Positions 58,779 through 64,000 of a stretch of DNA of 64,000 bases are shown one piece after another. Under the pieces are notes generated by a model that was given only the letters and a program-made list of their open reading frames with translations, had not been told where the DNA came from and made no database searches. The position numbers and the translations under genes were made by a program. The DNA comes from Dictyostelium discoideum (taxonomy: Eukaryota): assembly GCA_000004695.1 (NCBI GenBank), contig CM000151.3, positions 4,672,001 to 4,736,000 on the forward strand, in the 5' to 3' direction. The first letter of the stretch is position 1. Every line of letters begins with the position of its first letter.

Positions 58779-61700
58779 TTATTTACCCTTTAAAACTGAT
58801 GCAATTTCTCTTGTTCTATATTCTTTTGATGCTTGATAAGAAACAAAGATAGCGATACAAATTGACATAATGAGTACACCAATGAACCAAAAGTATGGGA
58901 ATTCAAAACTAAAAGGTAACTCTGTGAAAAGATCGAATTGAAGGGTAAGAGTTAGGGCGATACCTAAACCAATTGAAAGACCAAGTATCATTGAAGAAAA
59001 GATTAAAACCAATGCTTCATAGATATAGATACGAGTAACTTGAAAACTTGTTAAACCAATTGAACGTAAAACACCAAATTCCCAAGAGTTTTCATGAATA
59101 TTTGCACTGAATGAAACCCATAGCATAAAGAAACACAAAACAATGGAAGCCACTGAAACTGTGTAAAAGAAGATATTTAAAATTGTGACGGCAGTCTCTG
59201 TTGTGTCCAAAAGATGTTGAGTATCCATAACTTGAATATTATCAGTTTTAATGAAATTTCTAACACCATTGATGACGTACTCTCTTTCAATTTCAGAGGT
59301 ACCTTGTTTTAATTTAATGAGTACTTTTGATTTTGGAGCAACACTTGGTAAAACAACCGATGGATCGTTGGTAACAGAGTAAACCATCTGCATAATTCTA
59401 TAGAATTCATCATCATTGACCAAAATGGGAGAACCATAGGAAGTTTGAGAATAAGTTGAGAAAAAGAATGATGGGAACATTCTAACCATTGATTGACCTT
59501 TTGCTAACAATGTAATATGATTCACTGCGTTACTATATTGTTTATACTCTATATCCAAATTGAATGGTGAATCTGTATCTACACCACAAGTCAATCTAAA
59601 TGCTTCACTGAAAATGATATCTGTATAATTTTGATAGATGTAAGTGTTGTTCAAATGATTCTTTAACCATTTCCAAACTGGACTATTTGTAGGATATTGT
59701 TGACTACCATTTGATACAATGTTTGGTGGTGGAGTGATTACACCATTGAAATCCTCTGAAATGATATCACGATGTTCATTAACATATAAACTATTGATAA
59801 CATCGGGTATCTTCTTACCAGCACCATTATCTATGGTTGGGAAAGTTATTGTTTTGGACATTTCAGTTACTTCATAGAAATCTAAATAAGCACTTGAAAG
59901 GAAATTACTTTCGACACCATACATTCTAACATTTACCGATGGATATTCAGCCAATGGCATTAAATGAGTGGATCTAATATTCATAACTTTATCCAATGGG
60001 AATGTGATAACGGTATAATCGCTAATGACAGAGTTGGTATTGTTTGCTATATCATTATCCAAGAAAGCTCTAATATCAGCCTCTGGAATTGGATTCTTAA
60101 TACTTGTGGCCAATACGGAAATATCAGAACCAATACCTAAACGTACCAACTCTTGAATGTTATGACCCTGTAAACGGAATACACAACCTGTGAAAATGAT
60201 AAATGTTAAACTAATGGTTAACATTGTGGCAGTCTTTGAATTTCTAGTACTATGAGAGAAAAGATTCTTTCTAACCAATTGATAAAGTGATCTTCTATCG
60301 GGACCAACAATTAATGTGAAAATGACGGCTTTCTCTAATAATGGTTGAACTGCTTGTGCCAACATTGACATACCAAATAACATACCCATTAGAATACCAG
60401 TGAGAATACCAAAGAAAAGTCCCATATTTCTAAATGTAAATGATAGCGGTATTAAATAATAGACGGTGAAACCAACAGCCACAGCCAACAATGCCAACAA
60501 TGTTTGAAGTACATCTAAACCAACTTCTTCTAGTTTTTCGATTTTAACCAATGTTTCATTCTTTACTTGATGATAAACATCGAGTGCATCACGTAGTGTA
60601 CGTGATAAAGCACGTTGAATTGGTGCGATATTTGCAACGATTGGCATAAGAAAACCCATGAGCAAACCTGATACAATACTTGTGGTATGATATGTTAAAT
60701 CGATTGGTAATAATACAAATTGAACATAGACAAAGTAGGCAACGATTGCATAAAGGCACCAACCAATGAATAGACCAAAAACAATACCAGGAATACTGAA
60801 ATAGAGTGATTGAGTCAAGAGCAATAGAATCAAAGCATATTGACGCATACCTTGAGCACGTAACATACCATATTCAAATGTTTTACCTTCAACATCACTT
60901 AAAAGCAAACTATAGACCATTAATGCACCCAATACCAATAAGACTGCAGCGACACAATTGAAAATCTGATTCAATGATAACTTTGTATAAATGAACAATT
61001 GAAGTGTTGTTGCTAATGGAGTTGTGAAAGAAACTGGATAACTTATACCCAATAAAGTGGAGACTTGATTTGTGAATGCCATCATACCCTTGACCATATC
61101 TTCATTGGAGGAGGTGTAAACCTTTACACGATTCTCTAGCATTATCACTGGTGTCATTGAAAAATCATTTAATTTGAATGATTTTCTAAACGATTCAAAT
61201 TTATCTACGAATCTATTATATTGACCAATGTAATCGGTAACATTTGATAAACCAAACTCTTGTGCTTCAACCTCTAAGAATGTTAAAAAATCCTTATAGT
61301 CTTTACTTGTGATTTGATTATTAAATTGCTCCAATTTCTCCTTTATCAATGTTTCCAAATATGATGATTCCAATATACCAACATTACCAATTGTATTTGG
61401 ATATTTACCACCTGGCTCATCGATTGAACCCATAACCACCAAATCGTGATCAATTGATAAATCCGATCGAATTGAATTATAAAACTCTCTCAATGCAACC
61501 AATGGATAGAATGTCATTGTACCACTTTTCGAATCGATAACGAATCCTTTTGGACCAAACAAATCACTTAGGGTATCTTCAATATGAGTTCCAGGGTTCA
61601 TTAGGTCATAAGTTTCAATCAAATCGGTAACATCCATTTCTTTGGGTATTTTGAATCCAATTTGTAATTGAATAGAGTCAACTAAACTTTCAAAACTTGG

Positions 61701-62994
61701 AAAAGTAGCTGGCAATCCTAAACGTTGTAAAATATCAATGAAATCCATATGTAAATGTACCACTTGATTATTCATTGCTTTAACATTAATTCTTCTTAAA
61801 AATGGTGCACTAATATGAATTTGATTACCAACCAATGGTGGTAATGTCCAACCTCTTCCCAATCCTAATTCTTTTTCCAATGTTGAATTAATTGACATAA
61901 TTAATAATGTTGCACCATTTTTATTAATATTATTATTATTATTATCATCGTCAGAACTATCACTTGATGATAAACTACCACTTGATGATAAACTACTACT
62001 AGTGGTTGATGTTGTGTTTGAGGTTGTAATTGCAGCAATTGAAATCCAACGTGGAGCAACACCATGAACAGTTAAGGCATCAGCTAATTTTTGAGTTAAA
62101 TAAGTTGAATTTACAAAATAACCTGAATAATCCATTGTTAAAAATGATAATTGATCACTGATACCACCCAAAAAACCATTGAATAAATAGAATGGACTCT
62201 TTGATAATCTCTCTTCAACCAAACCTTGTTGTTTAATTAATTCCAATGCTTTTTTAATTCTCGTTGAAGTACTTGATTTACTTGTTTTATCTAAATATTG
62301 ATCCTCTTCTGAATCTGTATTTACAACTGTTAAACTTTGACTTTGATTACTTGAAACATAATTACCAGGATCACCAATCAATACTAAATCTAACTCTCCT
62401 GCTTGATCCTCTGATAATTTTAAAAATACAATTGGTGATGATTGAATTAAATTTTGTAAAAAACTAAAAAAAAAAAAAAAAGTAAAAAAAATAAAAAAAT
62501 AAAAATTAAAAACTTTTATATTAATATATAAAAATAAATTATAATAATTTAAATTATTTAAAACTTACCTTATAAATAATACAACTAAAAATACTGTAAA
62601 TAAACCTAATAATAAACTTTTTCGATTCTTTTTTGAGTTATTGTGAACATATTTTACAGCCACTCTAAGATCACCATACAAAGTATATCTTAATGAGAAA
62701 TAAATATAATAAATGAAACCTTTTACAGTGTTTAAATCAAAAACACCACTCGATAAAGGATTATCATTATCGTTGTTATTGTTGTATATATTTTTATAAT
62801 TATTGTTACTACTGCTACTACTACCAATGTTATTGCTATTATTTAAACTATATGTGTCGAATGTTCTATTTGATTTTAAAAATGGTGAATTTGTGTGTGG
62901 TGTAGAATGTGATGTTACACTATTTAATATGCTACCGCCACCATTACCACTACCACTACCACTACCACCATCATACTCGTTATCGCTATCGTAA

Positions 62995-63029
<35 letters not shown>

Positions 63030-63212
63030 GTTATTATTTTTATTATTATTATCTATATCTAATCTTTCATATCTTTTAGTATGTCTATTTGAATTTAAAT
63101 TGTTATTATATATTCGGTTATTTCTATTTGTATTTGGTGTATTTGAACTTGTATTACTACTTTCACTCTCATCTTCATATAGCAGATGATGGTGATTAGA
63201 TGAAATATTCAT
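58779..63212 (-). CDS. Polytopic membrane protein with two FtsX/MacB-like permease modules (tandem DUF214, YbbP-like topology) and no nucleotide-binding domain, about 1442 aa; join(63212..62569, 62463..58779) on the - strand
   Basis: Exon 1 is low-complexity (poly-Asn, 'GGSGSGSGNGGGS') and ends in a TM helix 'SLLLGLFTVFLVVLFI' at a GTAAGT donor (phase 2). A 105-nt AT-rich intron ends TTTTTAG. FtsX module 1: 'GMLRAQGMRQYALILLLLTQSLYFSIPGIVFGLFIGWCLYAIVAYFVYV...'. FtsX module 2: 'GVLRSIGLTSFQVTRIYIYEALVLIFSSMILGLSIGLGIALTLTLQFDLF...FWFIGVLIMSICIAIFVSYQASKEYRTREIA'. Each module is preceded by a large hydrophilic, presumably extracytoplasmic, domain. Confidence 0.7.
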
Positions 63213-63488
63213 ATCACTTAATTCAACTAAAGGTTCCTTTTGAATTTTATTTTCTCTTTCAGTGTTTGAATTCCTTTAAAAAAAAAAAAAAAAAATTAGA
63301 ATAAAGGTAATAGCACAAAAAAAAAAAAAAAAGGAATTTTTTTTTTTTTAATTTTTAATGTTAATTGAATAAATAAATAAAAATAAAAAAACAAAAATAA
63401 ATTAATATATAAATTAATATATAAATTAATGTATTAATTAATTAAAAACAAAAACAATTTTAAAAAATTAACGAAAATAATAAGTGAG

Positions 63489-63519
<31 letters not shown>

Positions 63520-63881
63520 AATATCACACTAAAGCTATATGGTCACTGGCTCTTAAATCTTAATTTTATTATTGCTTTTTTGTTTTTTGTATGGAACGGA
63601 ACAAATTAAAATAAAAAAAAAAAAAAACACACAGACACACACAATAAAATAAAAGAATTGGGTTGTTTTCAATTTTTCATGTTTTTTTATTATTATAATT
63701 TTTTATTATGTTTATTAATTTATTTTGTCTATTTTTATTTTTTATTATTTTTTTTATTTTTTATTTTTTCGTATTGGTTTCAGACAATTAAGATTAATTA
63801 ATCAAAAAAAAACTTATATAAATTACATATATAAGTTTTTTGATTAATATATGTACATATATATATATAATATGTAATAAA

Positions 63882-63914
<33 letters not shown>

Positions 63915-64000
63915 AACTAATTTCACACACACACAACAACACACAGCATACAAAGGTCAACTAATCGACTTTGAAAAATAATGTTTATATGAATGTACAT

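Overview
The window looks like Dictyostelium discoideum nuclear DNA. It is about 78% A+T, with poly-Asn and poly-Gln codon tracts, short AT-rich GT...AG introns (mostly GTAAGT, GTATGT or GTAAAT), and an actin identical to the Act8-group consensus. I can support about 22 protein-coding genes plus two pseudogene fragments and one disrupted locus. On the + strand: an Asn-rich orphan, a Sen1/Upf1-like SF1 helicase, a GPAT3/4-type acyltransferase, a PLAC8-family protein, a GH18 di-N-acetylchitobiase homologue, a secreted Pro/Gln-rich protein, a Nu/Ure2p-like GST, two actins (one canonical, one divergent), a second Asn-rich orphan, and a cytochrome P450. On the - strand: a SMARCAL1/ZRANB3-like SNF2 ATPase with an N-terminal GRF-like zinc finger, a two-domain saposin-like protein, a disrupted kinase-like locus, a C2-arrestin-SAM (Adc-type) protein, an F-box protein carrying a prolyl-4-hydroxylase-like 2OG/Fe(II) oxygenase domain, the spliceosomal Prp8 protein (4 exons), a small 152-aa orphan, an IPT/TIG-repeat type-I membrane protein (Tgr-like), a canonical actin, and a 1442-aa protein with two FtsX/MacB-like permease modules. 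The most notable structures are: (i) an actin palindrome (two near-identical, divergently oriented actin genes with about 1.4-kb inverted arms flanking a GST gene), followed in tandem by a mosaic divergent actin whose 3' third is nearly identical in nucleotides to its neighbour; (ii) the F-box plus dioxygenase fusion; (iii) a eukaryotic tandem FtsX permease with no ATPase domain; (iv) a PLAC8 locus surrounded by decayed partial copies, one of them lacking intron 1; (v) a head-to-head pair of genome-maintenance helicases sharing a 564-bp intergenic region. No rRNA, bona fide tRNA, CRISPR array or intact transposon is visible. All exon models were spliced by hand from the sequence and have not been computationally verified.
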